64,000 nt of DNA from Eledone cirrhosa (GCA_964016885.1 OZ024747.1:45384001-45448000), one strand, 5' to 3'; shown: positions 1 through 13,836, counted from the first letter of the stretch. Translations and numbers: made by a program. The notes: generated by a model from the sequence alone, not told the origin.

Positions 1-1289
1 TATCAATAGAGGGATAATAATTTGAAAAAGAACAACATTTGAAAGTACCAAATTTCTGTTGGGTTATCTCAAACTGTATGTTTAGAGAAATAAGATTTAA
101 GGAAATTAGGGCTGGACACTTTATACCTATAGAGCAGTGAATATAACCCGAGACTAATATTGCCACAATGGAAGTATAAAGAATCGTAATTGTAACATTA
201 TTCTGGTAGTTATCTGTATTATAACTGCTTCTATAGGCTTTTAATAATTATTGTGTGCTTTAGCATAGAATAAAACGTGAGGCCTATTTAATTCAATAGT
301 AAGGAAATGCAAAATTATTAGAAGGTGTATGGTAGTAGATTACAGTGACTGAAATATACTACAGGAGTTTTCTGGTAGAGCAGTTTATGAAATTTGTAAT
401 AGAAGGAAAACTTGTCTAAGGAAGATACTCACTACAAGAAAGGAGAACTATAGAATAATTGGACTAATCCGGATTTGTTATGGGGATTAATTCAGGCAAC
501 GCCAAATGCAACTTGCTCTGAGGCATTCATTGCCTGATTAAAGTCCCCATAGAAAAACTGATTTGAGCAAACGAGATGTTTAAATCCACCCTCTAATCTA
601 CAGTTCTCTATCTCTGCAATGAATATCTTTAGAAAGCCCAGATGGAGTGACTAGAACAACATCAAAACAAAGAGGAGAAACAGGGGGATATAATAGCCAT
701 TGTGAATGTCTCAGAATGTGTGACGAAAGAGATTTAACAATTAGACAATAGGGTAACTAAACAAACTGAGAAGTGGATTAGCCATTTCAAACAGTAAAAA
801 TATCCCTCCAAAGAGCACGATACTTTAAATATTAAAATACCTTTGAAATATTGAAATAAGAGTAGAAATATGAAAATGAAAATAAACAATTCCATATACT
901 CGTAGGAGTACTGAGGTACAAATAGCTATGATTGAGTTGTACAAACAACTATGATTGAGAACTTTTTTCCGTGTAAAAATAATATTGACAAACCTAAAGA
1001 TATAAATGTAACAAAACACATCAATAATACAAAGAAGATGAAAGAATATTTAGAGAACCTACTAATATATATAACGGTAAATAATTAAAATTTAATGACA
1101 ATCTTAATCTTATATATCAAAAAGTGTAACGATAACACGAGAAAAAAATATAGTTATGTGGGAAAATATAATTTCGAAAGCAAAGTGTTTATATGTGAAG
1201 GTAAAAGCACTGATTAATTTATAAATTTTACTTCCCTCGGGCAAAGATTACAAATTTCCATTATCGTAAAACCCGATTCGTATACCTTT

Positions 1290-1620
1290 TCTACTTCTTC
1301 ACTGACTTAGTGCCGTGAGGGCAGAGTCCTCAAACCCAACTTCCAGAGGGTCTTATCAGAAGCAACCGTCTCTGACTGATCCAGCTGGATCACTAAATGA
1401 GACCAACCGAGCTTATGCATGTTATCCAACCATTTTTCTCAAAGTCTACCCCTGGGTCTTCCGCCGACTGATTGTGTCCATAAAATCTGTTCAGTGATTC
1501 TTTCCTTTGACATTCTAATTACATGTCCGTAGAATCGGAGCTGTGATCTCTCGATTCGGTGAAGTAGCAGCTCTCATTGGAATGATTGCCTCATCTCTGA
1601 GCTATATACAACTAATCAAT
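1290..1620 (-). mobile_element. Degenerate RTE-clade LINE 3' fragment
   Basis: Diverged reverse-complement match to 63285-63570, which translates to an RTE C-terminal motif (IERSQL..HVVRM..RPR..W.D.I). Confidence 0.6.
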
Positions 1621-2191
1621 TTTAGTTGCCAAAATTAGGGTGCGACCTCGAGGGCGAAGCATCTTCGACGCCGGGAAATGCGGTACTTTTGGAACGTTAG
1701 GGCGTCACACCCACAGAGAAAATACGAAGAAAATATACATGTACCACTATTTTTTGACTCAATCATATTTTAATATAACCTTTTCTGCAGTAAATTTGAA
1801 ACATTTCGAAAAAATTATCCACTATCAAAATGATAGGAAACCATTGCTATTGCTATTTTCCGCTAAGACTTAAGGTGGCCAGTAAGTTTTCCTTCGAATT
1901 GCTCTGTTGTATCACTTGTCCCTTCCATTTCGCCAAACCTACATTAACAAAGATCAGAAAAGTAGAAAAAAAGTGACATGAAAAAAGAATGAAACTATGT
2001 TGTTATCAAGCATATTGTTACAGTTTATAAGTTTCTCTTTAAAAAATGCTCGTCAGCCTTTTTATAAGTAACAACCACCCTGGGTGGTGCTTATTTGAGA
2101 CGGCAAAACTTTTGTATCGCTCACTATTCTTTAATCAATTACATTCCGTGCATGAAACAGTAAAATGTATTAACATTATTCATTAACCTAA

Positions 2192-2380
2192 GGCGGTGGA
2201 TTGGCAGTATCGGTAGAGGGTCGGACGCCATGCTTTGCAGCACAGTTACGTCCCTTTACGGACTGAGTTCAAATCCCGCCGAGGTTAACTTTGCCTTTCA
2301 TCCTTACGGGGTCGATAAAATAAAGTACCAGTAATACACTGGAGTAATTGCTGGCCTTGTGCCAAATGTAGAAACAATTA
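2192..2380 (+). mobile_element. tRNA-derived SINE (young family), first of a tandem pair
   Basis: A-box-like GGTGGATTGGCAG head, B box GAGTTCAAATCC, core TTGCCTTTCATCCTTACGGGGTCGATAAAA, tail GTAGAAACAATTATT; 15-bp TSD ATTATTCATTAACCT at 2175-2189 and 2377-2391. Confidence 0.9.
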
Positions 2381-2392
2381 TTCATTAACCTT

Positions 2393-2575
2393 GGGCGGTG
2401 GATTGGCATTATCGATAGAGGGTTGGACTCCATGCTTTGCAGCAAAGAGTTACGGGCTTTTATGGTCTGAGTTCCAATCCAGCCGAGGTTAACTTTGCCT
2501 TACGTAGTCGATGAAATAAAGTACCAGTAATGCACTCGTATAATTGCTGGCCTTGTGCCAAAAGTAGAAATAATT
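2393..2575 (+). mobile_element. tRNA-derived SINE, second of a tandem pair
   Basis: Same consensus with a small internal deletion; followed by a third TSD copy ATTACTCATTAACCT (2573-2587). Confidence 0.88.
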
Positions 2576-2829
2576 ACTCATTAACCTTTCATAAATTAAA
2601 CAGGATAAGTTGAAATTTGACTTACATTACCTTGAGTTTGGTGCCAAGAAATTAACGTTGTAATATCCGGTTCGTTTTTTGTTAATAACAAATGAATGCC
2701 TTTCCGAGATTGTTAACCAATCTCTCACCTTTGTGAGACAATGATTCCCAAGCACTAAAGCTGGATTTCACAAGACAGGAAGTAGGGAAAGGTAGTACTA
2801 AATTAAAGAATATTTACCGCGGCGTTCGA

Positions 2830-2972
2830 TTTCAAATCACACCGAGGTTACCTTTGCCTTTTATCCTTACGGGGTCGATAAAATAATGCACCAGTAATGC
2901 ACTGGGTCAATTTAATCGAATTGCCGTCCCCCTTCAAATTGCTAGCCTTGTGCCTAAAGTATAAACAATTAT
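2830..2972 (+). mobile_element. 5'-truncated SINE of the same superfamily
   Basis: B box remnant, core and AAACAATTATT tail. Confidence 0.75.
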
Positions 2973-3404
2973 TTATACCTGTGATTATGCTTAAGGATTT
3001 ATGAAAACTCTCACTTAAGTGTTTTCCAACAAAATGTTTTTATGTACCATACAACAAATGCACAATTCGTTTAGAACTTACAGCTTCAAATACACAACAA
3101 AACCACGATAGCGACCTACCAATATTGGTGTTTTCTCAGCGCATGCATCAATATCGTTCATGGGTGTATTACCTTTGTAAAATATCATTTCACATCGGTG
3201 AGTATTGATAAACCTCTGGTGTCTCAAGCCCTATTTACAGTAAATAACATTTCTTCCTACAATACATTGTTCTCATAAGAGTGCCGCACATACGCCATCA
3301 CTAAAGGATTGTTGTCTATAATGGTAGACAACAAAGAAAATCTCGATGTTTGGAGGGTAGCAACGAATCTTTCTTTAACGTTAACTGCCAGTTTGTTTAC
3401 GCCT

Positions 3405-4075
3405 TTCACTCTCACAATCCACCCTCTCTTACTAAACCGCAAAACTCTTTCCCTCTCTCTAAAACCCACTACATACTTCACTCTCTCACTAGACCACCAA
3501 ATTCACTTCTCCTCTCTATATTCCACTACATACCTCACTCTCATATACTTTCTTAATTTCTCCTCTTACAACAAACCAACAGATTCTCTGCCGCCCTCTA
3601 TATCTCACTACATTCAACACACTCTCTCACAATTTCCCCTCTCTTACTAGACCACCAAGTTCTCTCCCCTTCTCTATATTCCACTAGATGCCTCACTTTC
3701 TTTCACTCTTTAATTCCCCTTCTCTCACGAGAGCAACTAATTCTCCCGCCCCTCTCTGTATTCCACTACATGCCTCATTCCTTCTCACTCTCACAGTACC
3801 CTCTCTCTAACTAAACCAACAAATTCACTCTCGCTCTCTATATCCCACTAGATACCTCTCTCACTCTCACAATTCTCCCTCTCACTAAGCCAACAAATTC
3901 TTTCCCCCTCACTCTATACCACTACATACTTCACTCTCTCACAATTCCCCCTCTTTCACTCAGCCACCAAATTATATCCCCTCTCTATATCCCACTACAT
4001 ACCCCACTCGCTCTCACAATTCCTCCTCCCTCACTAGACCACAAAATTCTCTCCTACTCTCTATATCCCACTACA
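3405..4075. repeat. Degenerate C/T-rich minisatellite (about 60-75 bp unit)
   Basis: Recurring CTCTCACAATT(C)CCC..CACTAGACCACCAAATT..CTCTCTATATTCCACTACATACCTCACT units. Confidence 0.8.
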
Positions 4076-4557
4076 ATACTTTTTACTTTGAAACAACAAA
4101 TGTTTTCATCTTCTATAAAGAACGACAAAGTTGTCCATCCCCTCCCCCATCTTTTGAACTCATGGGGTGTGGGGGAGATCTTTCTTTTTTTGTGGTGTGC
4201 TTTTGTTGAATTATTTGACAGGACTTTAAAATATGGGGTGATGGGTGTGGCGGTGGTGTGGTGGTGTTGGTAGTAGTACGACGGTGGTGGTAATGTGGTT
4301 TTATGGTGGTGTTTGCTTATTTTGAATCTATCTATCTATTTGTCTTGTCTGTAATTTAATACAGCCAAAACGGCGTATAACGGGAAAATACTTTGAAAGG
4401 AAGTTGCCGTTGAAATGGGAATACAAATGGAATAAAACAAGTTTTGCGTAAATAGGAGCATCAGTTCCTGAGATATGGTGTTTTTCCGGGTTCCTTCATA
4501 AATATAGAGAGAGAGAAAGATAAAGATAAAGAGATAGTGGTTGTGAGAGAGTAGATT

Positions 4558-4594
<37 letters not shown>

Positions 4595-5148
4595 TGGTGA
4601 TGTTGAATTAAATTATAAAAGGTGGCTTCAAAGAATCGAATACAGCATTACTGTATCTAGCTAAAATTTGGTGACTGAATATTAAGACATATGTATGTGT
4701 AGCGAATATTTCCTGCTAATTAGGAAGGGTTTCTAAGTTTGTGTGTATATGTGTGTGTCTGTGACCAGTGTATATAGGTCACAGACACCCATATATATAT
4801 ATATACACACACACACAATATATATATATGGGCTTTCCAATTTCATTTTACATTATATACATGTCTGTGTATATTTTAATTATTTGAAAATTATTTTTAA
4901 AAAAATATTTGTAAGGGAATGTGACCCAACGGGTCATTATGCAGATAACTATAAACAATAGTTGAATAAATCGGGTAAAGTACCCCTGGAGACGGAAAAA
5001 TAGAGACGTTTTTGTGCACGTTTCTCGTTTCCCCGAATACTTAATCCGATCTATTCAACTCTTATTTATACTTATCTGCTTTGCGGTCGTTTCTCCCCAA
5101 AGCAAAGCCATTTGTCAAATTTCCAATTTTGCCAATACTTCGTAAATT

Positions 5149-5230
<82 letters not shown>

Positions 5231-5911
5231 TTACAGGCATAGAAACATTTTCAAATGTAAAAACGTTACTTTAAAAACTTCATGAAACTTCAGATATTAA
5301 TGATCTTTGAAGTATAAAGCGACGTAAATAAAATAATAGAAGTAAACAAATCCACATACCTATATGGATACTCTACGTGGACAGATAAGTTTAATAATTT
5401 CTTGAAATTAAAAGTTTTATTGACGAGCTAAAGATATTATAAATAAATTCGCCAATGTAGCAAAATACATCCATAATACATACTAGATGAAAGAATATTC
5501 AACAACTTTACTAAAAAAATATAACGTTAAATAATGTGACAAGAGTTTGAATCTTTTATGTTGAAAAGATTAAAGACAACTTTAGAAAAAAAAATTAGCT
5601 TTGCGGGAAAATTTTTATTTCAAACGAAAGTGTTTATTGACGAAAGTAAAGGCACTAATTAATATATAAATGTTACTTCCCCTGGGAAATTGTAAAATAC
5701 AGTATTACAGATGATACAATAACCCACAGATGCCATCGAGAAATCTCACTATACACTTATATAAAAAAAAACGGGGAGATTCTATTCTGATTGCAAAGAC
5801 ATCAGACGACAAACACCAAGCATCAAAATCATAATTAAAAAATACTGAATAGTTGACTCATTAATTCGAAATGTTTAGATTTTGCTGTAAAAAACTGGGC
5901 AACATTATTAG

Positions 5912-6092
5912 TTGGCAGTATCAGTAGAGAGTCGGACGCCATGCTTTGAAGCATAGAGTTACGTCCCTTTATGATCTGAGTTCAAATCTCGCCGAGGTTA
6001 ACTTTGCCTTTCATCCTTACGGGGTCGATAACATAAAGTACCAGTAATGTACTGGTTGATTGCTGGCCTTGTGCCAAAAGTAGAAACAATTA
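5912..6092 (+). mobile_element. tRNA-derived SINE
   Basis: Family consensus; TSD ATTATTAGT on both sides. Confidence 0.88.
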
Positions 6093-7494
6093 TTAGTGCG
6101 TTGAATAAAATATTACACAGGATTTAGTTGTGGACCTTTACATTCCAAATTCTAATTCCATCAAGGTCAATATTACCTCTTATCCTGGTATGATGAGTAC
6201 AATAATGCAATTTAAATCAACGTGTGAATGGATTTATAATAGATAAGATAACACTCAGACCATTATGCTAAATTTCTAATTATGATTCGTTAGACGTATT
6301 GCTAGGTATAAAAACAATATTTCCTAAAATATTACCATGCTGAAATTCAATGAAAATATTCCATCACTTCACTTCATTTTTTCCCCTTAACTCTTTTTTG
6401 TCTTGGGAGTGGCTGCGGGCTGGGATAGTATACCACATTTCTCTATCTGGTGTGAGCCAAGACTTGTGTTGTTGCGAAGACTTGACTGTTCTATTTGTTG
6501 ATGTTATCCATTCATGTATTTTTTCAGATGACCTTGCTTTCTTTTTCTCTGTTAAGAATGAAGAATATTACATTTTGAGTCCTTGTCCTTCATCTGAGAA
6601 TGTGGGAGATAAGGAATGTGATGTTGTCACCTGTTTTTGTTTTCAATTACTTGCCTACTATTCAAATAGCACAACCTTCTCTCAAATAAAAGGTAAAAGT
6701 ATAAAACTTTGGAGCCTTAATTCCCTAAGGCAATTAAACCATTTCAAGAATTCTTCTATTTTAGTAGACAGCTTGCAAAAATGATAATACATATTTCTGT
6801 AAGCCTTTTGGATCTTTCATCTAAGTTAAGTCTGAATGTTCAACACATCTTTTACTAACTGCCCTTTTGGTTTTAGATGAAGTGAAGTGTTGCAAGTTAA
6901 ACTTCCTTTTCCTTGTCTGATGTACCACAATGTAGCAGTAAGTGCATGTAGGCCACTTAACATTGATCTGGTGTCAATTCATGTTCAAGGTAATGGGCAG
7001 GTTTATAGAACCTGTACACAAAAAACCCAAATAGATAATCTGTTGGTGAAAAACATACAGTAGAATCTATCGAAATATTGGCATTGTGCTTAATATATAA
7101 TCACTAGATCAATATCATAACATTGTTCATGGTTTTATTATATTATCAAGTAATAATAGTGCGGAAAATTTGCACAAATATATTCAGCCTGTTCTTCTCC
7201 ATTTCTTATGTATTATTCTACCAAAAGTTTATATAATCAAAAGACACTCTCACATTAAGTTATGATATAATTAAAAAGGTAAAAAAGAACAAAAAACATT
7301 ATTAGATAAATAAATATCACTATAATATATTTGCTGATGAATCTAAGATTGTTAAAAGAATAGATTTCTATATCTTGAACGTAAATATGGACATTGGACG
7401 TTGGTGAGCTATATTGTACCAAAACAAAAAGTGAAACATTATATTCACATTTGTTTTCCTTCTGTTTATAATAATAATAATAATAATAATAGGC

Positions 7495-7866
7495 CAAGGA
7501 AAAAAGATCGTGCCTGATTGTGGATGTGGCCTGCCCATTCGACACGAGAGTGCAAGAGAAGGAGAGGGAGAAAATTAACCGATACCAGGACTTAAAGTGG
7601 GAGGTAAAAAGGATTTGGAACTGCCATGAAGTCAAAGTGGTCCCGATTGTCATAGGCGCACTAGGTACTATCTCAAAAAGTTTCCAGGGATGGTTAAAGA
7701 AAATTGGCCCCGCCCTGCTTTTTGGAACGCTTCAAAAGGCATGCTTGCTGGGAACAGCAAGAACCCTCCGATACGTCCTGAATATCTGAGGCTGCAGGTA
7801 GTGGCTTGATATTCATTTCTACAAACTTTCCAGTTAACTAACATCAATGACTGAGACTCAAAGAAC
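7495..7866 (+). mobile_element. 5'-truncated R4/Dong-clade non-LTR retrotransposon (RLE C-terminus and 3'UTR) in (TAA)n
   Basis: ORF 7520-7789 (DVACPFD..EK..RYQDL..VVPIVIGALG) is nearly identical to the 3' end of 42190-43500; (TAA)n on both sides. Confidence 0.9.
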
Positions 7867-7867
7867 A

Positions 7868-8200
7868 ATAATAATAATAATAATGAAATTATTGTGTAAA
7901 GTGCTCAGGTGCACTACAACTCGTCAAAGGTGCATGTATAGTACATAGAATATTATACAAATATCAGGGAAGTGAATAGTGTATGAGTCATGATATACAT
8001 GTGTGTGTGTGTATGGAGGGGGAATATTAGGTGTAGTGTTAGAGAATCTCAGGAAGCATGGAGGTTTTAAAGGATGCAGTGTTTCGACAGCTAACAACTG
8101 ATGCAGGTAGTTTGTTCCATGCTTCAGCAACTCTGAGCATGAAAAAATGTTTCCGAAAGTCATGGGAACTGTGCTGTTTTCTGACTTTGTGTGTTAGACA
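7868..8200 (-). mobile_element. CR1-clade LINE 3' end with (ATT)n tail
   Basis: Minus ORF 8039-8239 contains RKHFFMLRVAEAWNKLPASVV, a typical CR1 C-terminal motif; homologous to 57132-57612. Confidence 0.8.
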
Positions 8201-9297
8201 CTTGGAAATCAAAAAGATACTAAGGGTTGTTGTTGGCAAGATGGTTAATAATTTTGTGGGTTTACATTCAACATATAGAAATACTTTTCTACGTTAGATG
8301 AATATTTAACCATTATTGTCATCATTTAACGTTTATTTTCTCTGCTAGCAAGTGTAGTTACTGACCTCCTAGATGAGCCAGAACCTACATCATGCATGCA
8401 TACAATCCTATTCTGTACCAAGTGTATTTTATCATGACATAAGGTCTAGGGACGTTGTCAAATCTTTGGCACAGCTGAAGGGTTCTTCTAGCCCTTTGTC
8501 TTGCAGATCTTCTACAGTTAAGTGCCCTTCTTACCACCAACCATTTTATAGCATGAAGGTTGTCATGTCTTTAAAACGACTGAAGTGTCCTTCTCAACCT
8601 ATATATAGTAAGATATTTTTATAATTTTTAAATATTTCTAGCATTAAAATGCTATATAGCATTTAAAGAATTCAACCCCACATGTTTTATGTCATTTCAT
8701 ATACCTTTATAATATACTAACTGTTCTTTATCTCTAACCAATATCTAGGGTTTTATGTGGATAAGAGATGAATATGGAACTGAACCTATCAAAATTTACT
8801 TTCCTAAAAGAAAGTATATATTAGCATAACAAATCAATGGGTTAATTTTTAATTTAACACCCATCTCAATTTGGAGATGAAATTTGTTTTCCTAGTGTGT
8901 TGATGTATGTTGAACGAATCTGACCTTCACAAACATTAGAAATTATATTTAAAATAACCTTCATAAAAACCATGAGATTTGGGGCACCCTGGTGGTAACC
9001 AGGAGTTCTCAGGTAGGAGATCCTCTGAAAACTAATAACACAACGATTTTTATGTCATATTTGTTCAAAATTTAAAATATTACTAGAAAACCGTAAATTT
9101 CACTTTCAATATTCTAACTAAACCTATCAGCTGACTACCATTAAAAATCTAAAAGAATGATAATAATATTACATCTGTTTCATCGAAGACTATTATTTTA
9201 TGTTCGATATTGTAAGATATTTTTCCTATACATAAATTGACATAAGTGAGCTAATTTGGAAATAAAATTTCACATATAACGGGAGACAGGTGTAATA

Positions 9298-9503
9298 ATG
9301 ATTTCTAATTTAGGCACCAGGCCAATAATTTTTGGGGAGGGGAAATGTTATTACATCGACACCAGTACGTGACTGGTACTACATTTTATCGATCGTGAAA
9401 GGATGAAAGGCAAAGTAGACCTTGGCAGGATTTGAACTCAGAAAGTAAAGATCCGGAAAAAATCATGCAAAGCATTTACTCTGACAGTCTAATGATTCTG
9501 CCC
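9298..9503 (-). mobile_element. Older SINE subfamily copy
   Basis: Reverse-complement core GGATGAAAGGCAAAG..GGATTTGAACTCAG. Confidence 0.75.
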
Positions 9504-10399
9504 TTGACACACCTGTCAATAATACAAAATTACCAATCAATAAAAGACTCCTCAGGTTTTACAGAATTATTCCCAACTTGCAGTTTCTTGTTATAGTCTG
9601 GTATATTGGGTTGTTTGAGAAAATGTAGTACTGGTGAGATGATGCAAAGGTCTGACCTTATGGCTGATAGTATGTTAATCTACCAACTCAGAGAAATGTT
9701 CTTTACTTCACACATTACTGACAGTATCAACAAATACAAACAGATGAAAGTAAATTATTGCAGAGATTTAAAATGTAACTTAAATAATTAAATGCCTAGT
9801 TGATAATTAATTGGTAATTAATTAATTGAAGTGAATTTTACATTTATTACTAACAAATGAAATGCACTAAGAAATTAATTGAATTAAAAATAATAGAAAC
9901 CTTTATTTTAATCTTTAAATCTGTAAATTGTTGATGTTTCTTCAACATTTAATGGGCTTTAAATGTTGATGATGATTATTCATGTGTTTACAGGAGAGTT
10001 CTATAATCTTCATTGAATAGTAAGTTTGTCAGTGAATATTTTATCAGTTTGTAATGTATCTAAAGCAAGTAAAAGTGCTGCAGAATCACAAGTAAATGAA
10101 ACACTCATCATTATTTGCATTGATTACGATACTTGCAATGGATACACATCAAGCCTTGTGGTGCTTATTAGCTCGTCAGCGAATCAGGTTATTTGAGAAT
10201 AAAGGTTCTTAGTTACAGGCATGACTAGGCCTGAAATAAGTTTACAATTGTCAGACATTTTTGTTTGCTAATTTGCCACCTTACAGGCACAACCAATTGT
10301 CATATTTCTAAAACATAATACAGCTCTTTGATCAGTTTGGTGACTAATTTCTTTGCTAGTATAGTTGGCAACATGTCAGTATACAAAAGCAGTGAAAAT

Positions 10400-10610
10400 T
10401 CTCAGAAAATAATGTCATGGGTTCAATTCATGCACTGGGTTGTGTAGTGTGTTTTGAGAAAAACACTTTGTTACTTTGCTCCAGTATACTTAGCTGAAAA
10501 TGAGTACCAGTTATAGCTGGGTGTTTGACCCTGCAAAGAACTACAATCTTGTCCAGTGGGGAGTCTTTTACTCTGTCACTTAAAACAGGGATAAGCACCT
10601 ACCTAATAAG
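10400..10610 (+). mobile_element. Degenerate SINE of a second family (CORE-like)
   Basis: GGGTTCAATTC B box followed by TTGAG.AA.ACACTT..TTGCTCCAGT..ACT.AGCTG; related to 31963-32106 and 51248-51560. Confidence 0.55.
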
Positions 10611-10837
10611 CCTCCAGGTTTAAGACAGACTTTAGACTTATTTTGTAATGCCTTTTTATTCAGCCATTATAACAGATCCTTGATATAGTAATTAAACTAG
10701 AAAAACAATCTCAGCCAGATTTACTTGTTATCAACATAACATGTTACTTAATACAATTATTTTGGGGAAAGTAAATGTTTATTTCAGGACCATATTATTT
10801 CTTATAAAGAATAGAATATAGTACCTGTAATATCATA

Positions 10838-11002
10838 AGGTGGCGAATTGGCAGAGGCATTAAGACGTTGGGTATAATACTTTATGGTATTTTTGGTATC
10901 CCCCACATTGCACGCTCTGAGTTCTAATTCCACTGTGGTCAATTCTGCCTTTCATCCTTTAGCAGTCGATAAAATAAGTACCAGTCCAGTACTGGGGTCA
11001 AT
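10838..11002 (+). mobile_element. Older SINE subfamily copy
   Basis: GGTGGCGAATTGGCAG head, GCCTTTCATCCTT core, AAGTACCAGT. Confidence 0.75.
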
Positions 11003-11887
11003 TCTCCCTCTAGAGAAAAAATCAGCTGTGTTCAGATCTGGAGAGGGTTGGACTCTGCTAGGTTTTAAAGCGCCCTAGACATGCCATATGATGATACCTC
11101 TATGACTCCACAAGGACCTTTATCCTTAATATCATATAACATGAATCCAAACGCAACACTCTACAAATATAATTGTGAAGTGGAGTGAGGACATTGTAGA
11201 GTTGCAATTTTAGCTGCAACATAAATATAAGACTGTGGAAAGGAGCAGTGACATTTTATAGTTACAAATTCAATGGTAGCTCTCCACAAATATGGTTGAG
11301 GAGTGGAATAGGAGTTGGAATGTTGTGAAATCACAAATTCAACAGCAGCACTCAACACAGAAACAAGATAAAACAAATTATTTGTGTAGTGATAACAGAT
11401 ATAACATACAAATCCTCATATTTATTTATTCTTTAATATAACTCAATAATATATAATATAATATATGAGATAATAATTTATAAACAAGTTTTGATATCTA
11501 GTATAATAGATGAAAAAAAAAAGATACCAAAAATATACTAACAAACAAACAAGACATCATGAATAGATTTATATGTAATATTTTATCATTGTGAATATTT
11601 TAAACATGAAAAACAGAACAAAAAACAACAATTATAATAGTGTTGTCATAGGTTTGGTTTGTATGAAACCATTTTTCATTCTTTGGTTAAATTGACTAGA
11701 CATAAATAGATCACTATAAAATCAATAAGAAGAGATAAACAGAGTTTATATTAAAGCCACTCACCCTTCACCTCTGTTGTTCCTTTTGAATTTGTAATCA
11801 AATTGTTACTCCTTCTTTGCTTACTAGTGAGGTTTAGGCCAAATATTCAGTAGACATACCAACAAATATATTTCAGTCAGAATTCAG

Positions 11888-12196
11888 TCATGTTCACTGT
11901 TTGTTCTCAAAATTAATATTTTTTAACATGTTCAATTTTTTCCAAACTAATATTTTTTAACATGTTCATTGTTTTTTTTTACCATGTTCACTGTTTTTTT
12001 GCAACATTAATATTTTTTAATATGTTCAGTTTTTTTCCCAAATAATATTTTCTAACATGTAGAATTTTTTTCCAAACAAATATTTTTTAACATGTTCACT
12101 GCTATTTTTCACCTGGTTCACTTTTTTTCTCTCAGCATTAATATTTTTTAACAGGTTCAGCTTTTTCCCCAAAATATATTCTTTTAGTATGTTCAC
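11888..12196. repeat. Degenerate minisatellite (about 20-40 bp units)
   Basis: Repeated AATATTTTTTAACATGTTCA(C/T)T(n). Confidence 0.75.
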
Positions 12197-12570
12197 CCTT
12201 GTAGATAGGTAGATTCATATCATCTGTATATCAAATGTAGAAACCACTTGTTCGTGGTTTTGTAAAGCAGTATAGTATAATTATTTTTTTTCATCCTATC
12301 CATTTTTATTGTCTAGTATTTCAGTTTTAATAAAGGGAGTGTTTTTATAGCAAAAATGAGAAACATAGAAGGTGACTTTATTAGACAAGTAGAAAAACAA
12401 TCAACTAGGATGTTGGTTTTATCAATCTATTGAGTTATTTTATTTTACAAATCTGTTTATATAAAAACAAAACACACTAATAAACTGAATGTAAAAAAAG
12501 GAAATGAAAAGAAGAACCAAGTATTTCAATGGGGAAATTATATACTTACATATTTTCTGATAGCAGCACG

Positions 12571-12572
12571 AC

Positions 12573-12604
<32 letters not shown>

Positions 12605-12621
12605 TCACCACCACCACCACC

Positions 12622-12677
<56 letters not shown>

Positions 12678-12683
12678 CACCAT

Positions 12684-12727
<44 letters not shown>

Positions 12728-12728
12728 T
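12571..12728. repeat. Compound (ACT)n/(ACC)n microsatellite
   Basis: Read directly; it explains the poly-T, poly-S and poly-V ORFs. Confidence 0.95.
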
Positions 12729-13526
12729 TATCCATCCATGGGTCTTATACAAGCAATCCCAAGAGCCAATATAATTTTGGTTTGTATTTGTAAAGTTCAT
12801 ATATTTTTTTTTCTCAAACCATAGTTGATGAAGTTATGTTGGTTGATGTTTCTGTTGTTTATCTTCTTGCCAACTCTGATCAATATATTTAAGGTGATCG
12901 AGTGAGATTTGTGGGGAGATTGGCTGCTATTTCTAGCAAGTTGTATAGAATATAGAATTTCTGTATATTTTGTCTCCCATTTAAAGAATGAAAGCAAAGT
13001 TAATCCAGACATGATTTGAAAGAAGAATATGCTGAAAAGTTCATAGGTTGACTATGAAGGAATGATGCTAGAGCTGTGAAATCTTGCATGCATTAATTTC
13101 AACTCTTCTTATTAATGACTGCATTGTTTCCTTCCAGATATTATTTTGAAAAATAAACCTAAATTGGTCATTCCATGCGAGTATCTTGGTCAGCCTATGA
13201 ACTTTTCAGTCAACCCTCATATAACAGGATAAAACTAAACACTTTAAAATGTATTGTAAATTACCTTTGGTAAACTTTTCATTATATTATAATTTAGAGT
13301 ATAATAATTTATAACTTTGACAATCTTTTCTAACATAGCTGAACAGCTACCCTCTAAAAACCCAAATGAAAAAAGTGCCTTAAAACGAGGAGAAATGGGG
13401 CAAAATCGGGAAATTTTACCAAATGAAAACTATACACATTTTCACAAAGAAGACATCTTTCACCCAGCCCAAAGTGGGTGGGATATCTCCACATCGGATG
13501 GGGAGAGTCGATGCATATATATATAT

Positions 13527-13803
13527 CATCATCATCATCATTTTACGTTAATTCTTCCACACTAGCATGGGTTAGATGGGTTGTCCTGTTGTGGGCAATG
13601 CCAGGTCAGGTGACCACGTCTTGCTCATGCGGAACTCATGCTTGATTTCTACAGCTGGATGCCCTTCCTAACACCAACCTCATTTACAGTGAGTACTGGA
13701 TGCTTTTTTACTGTGGCGCCTACACGACCACTTTACAGTGTTGACTGGGTGATTTTTGTCATGACACCTACACAACCATTTGACAGTGGGATGGGGGTGG
13801 GCG
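13527..13803 (-). mobile_element. RTE-type 3' end (truncated LINE or RTE-tailed SINE) with (GAT)n tail
   Basis: CTACAGCTGGATGCCCTTCCTAACACCAACC motif shared with the RTE 3'UTR at 23042-23400. Confidence 0.75.
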
Positions 13804-13805
13804 GC

Positions 13806-13836
<31 letters not shown>

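Noticed and set aside
1-810. Purine-rich stretch that looks like decayed coding sequence
   Set aside because: No long ORF and no motif I could assign to a family.
2192-2290. tRNA-like A/B boxes
   Set aside because: They are SINE heads with no cloverleaf, not tRNA genes.
6350-6784. 144-aa plus-strand ORF and possible minus-strand splice acceptors nearby
   Set aside because: No recognisable domain, and no consistent multi-exon frame could be built by eye; needs RNA-seq.
12529-12800. Poly-Thr, poly-Ser and poly-Val ORFs
   Set aside because: Trinucleotide microsatellite with no supporting exon context.
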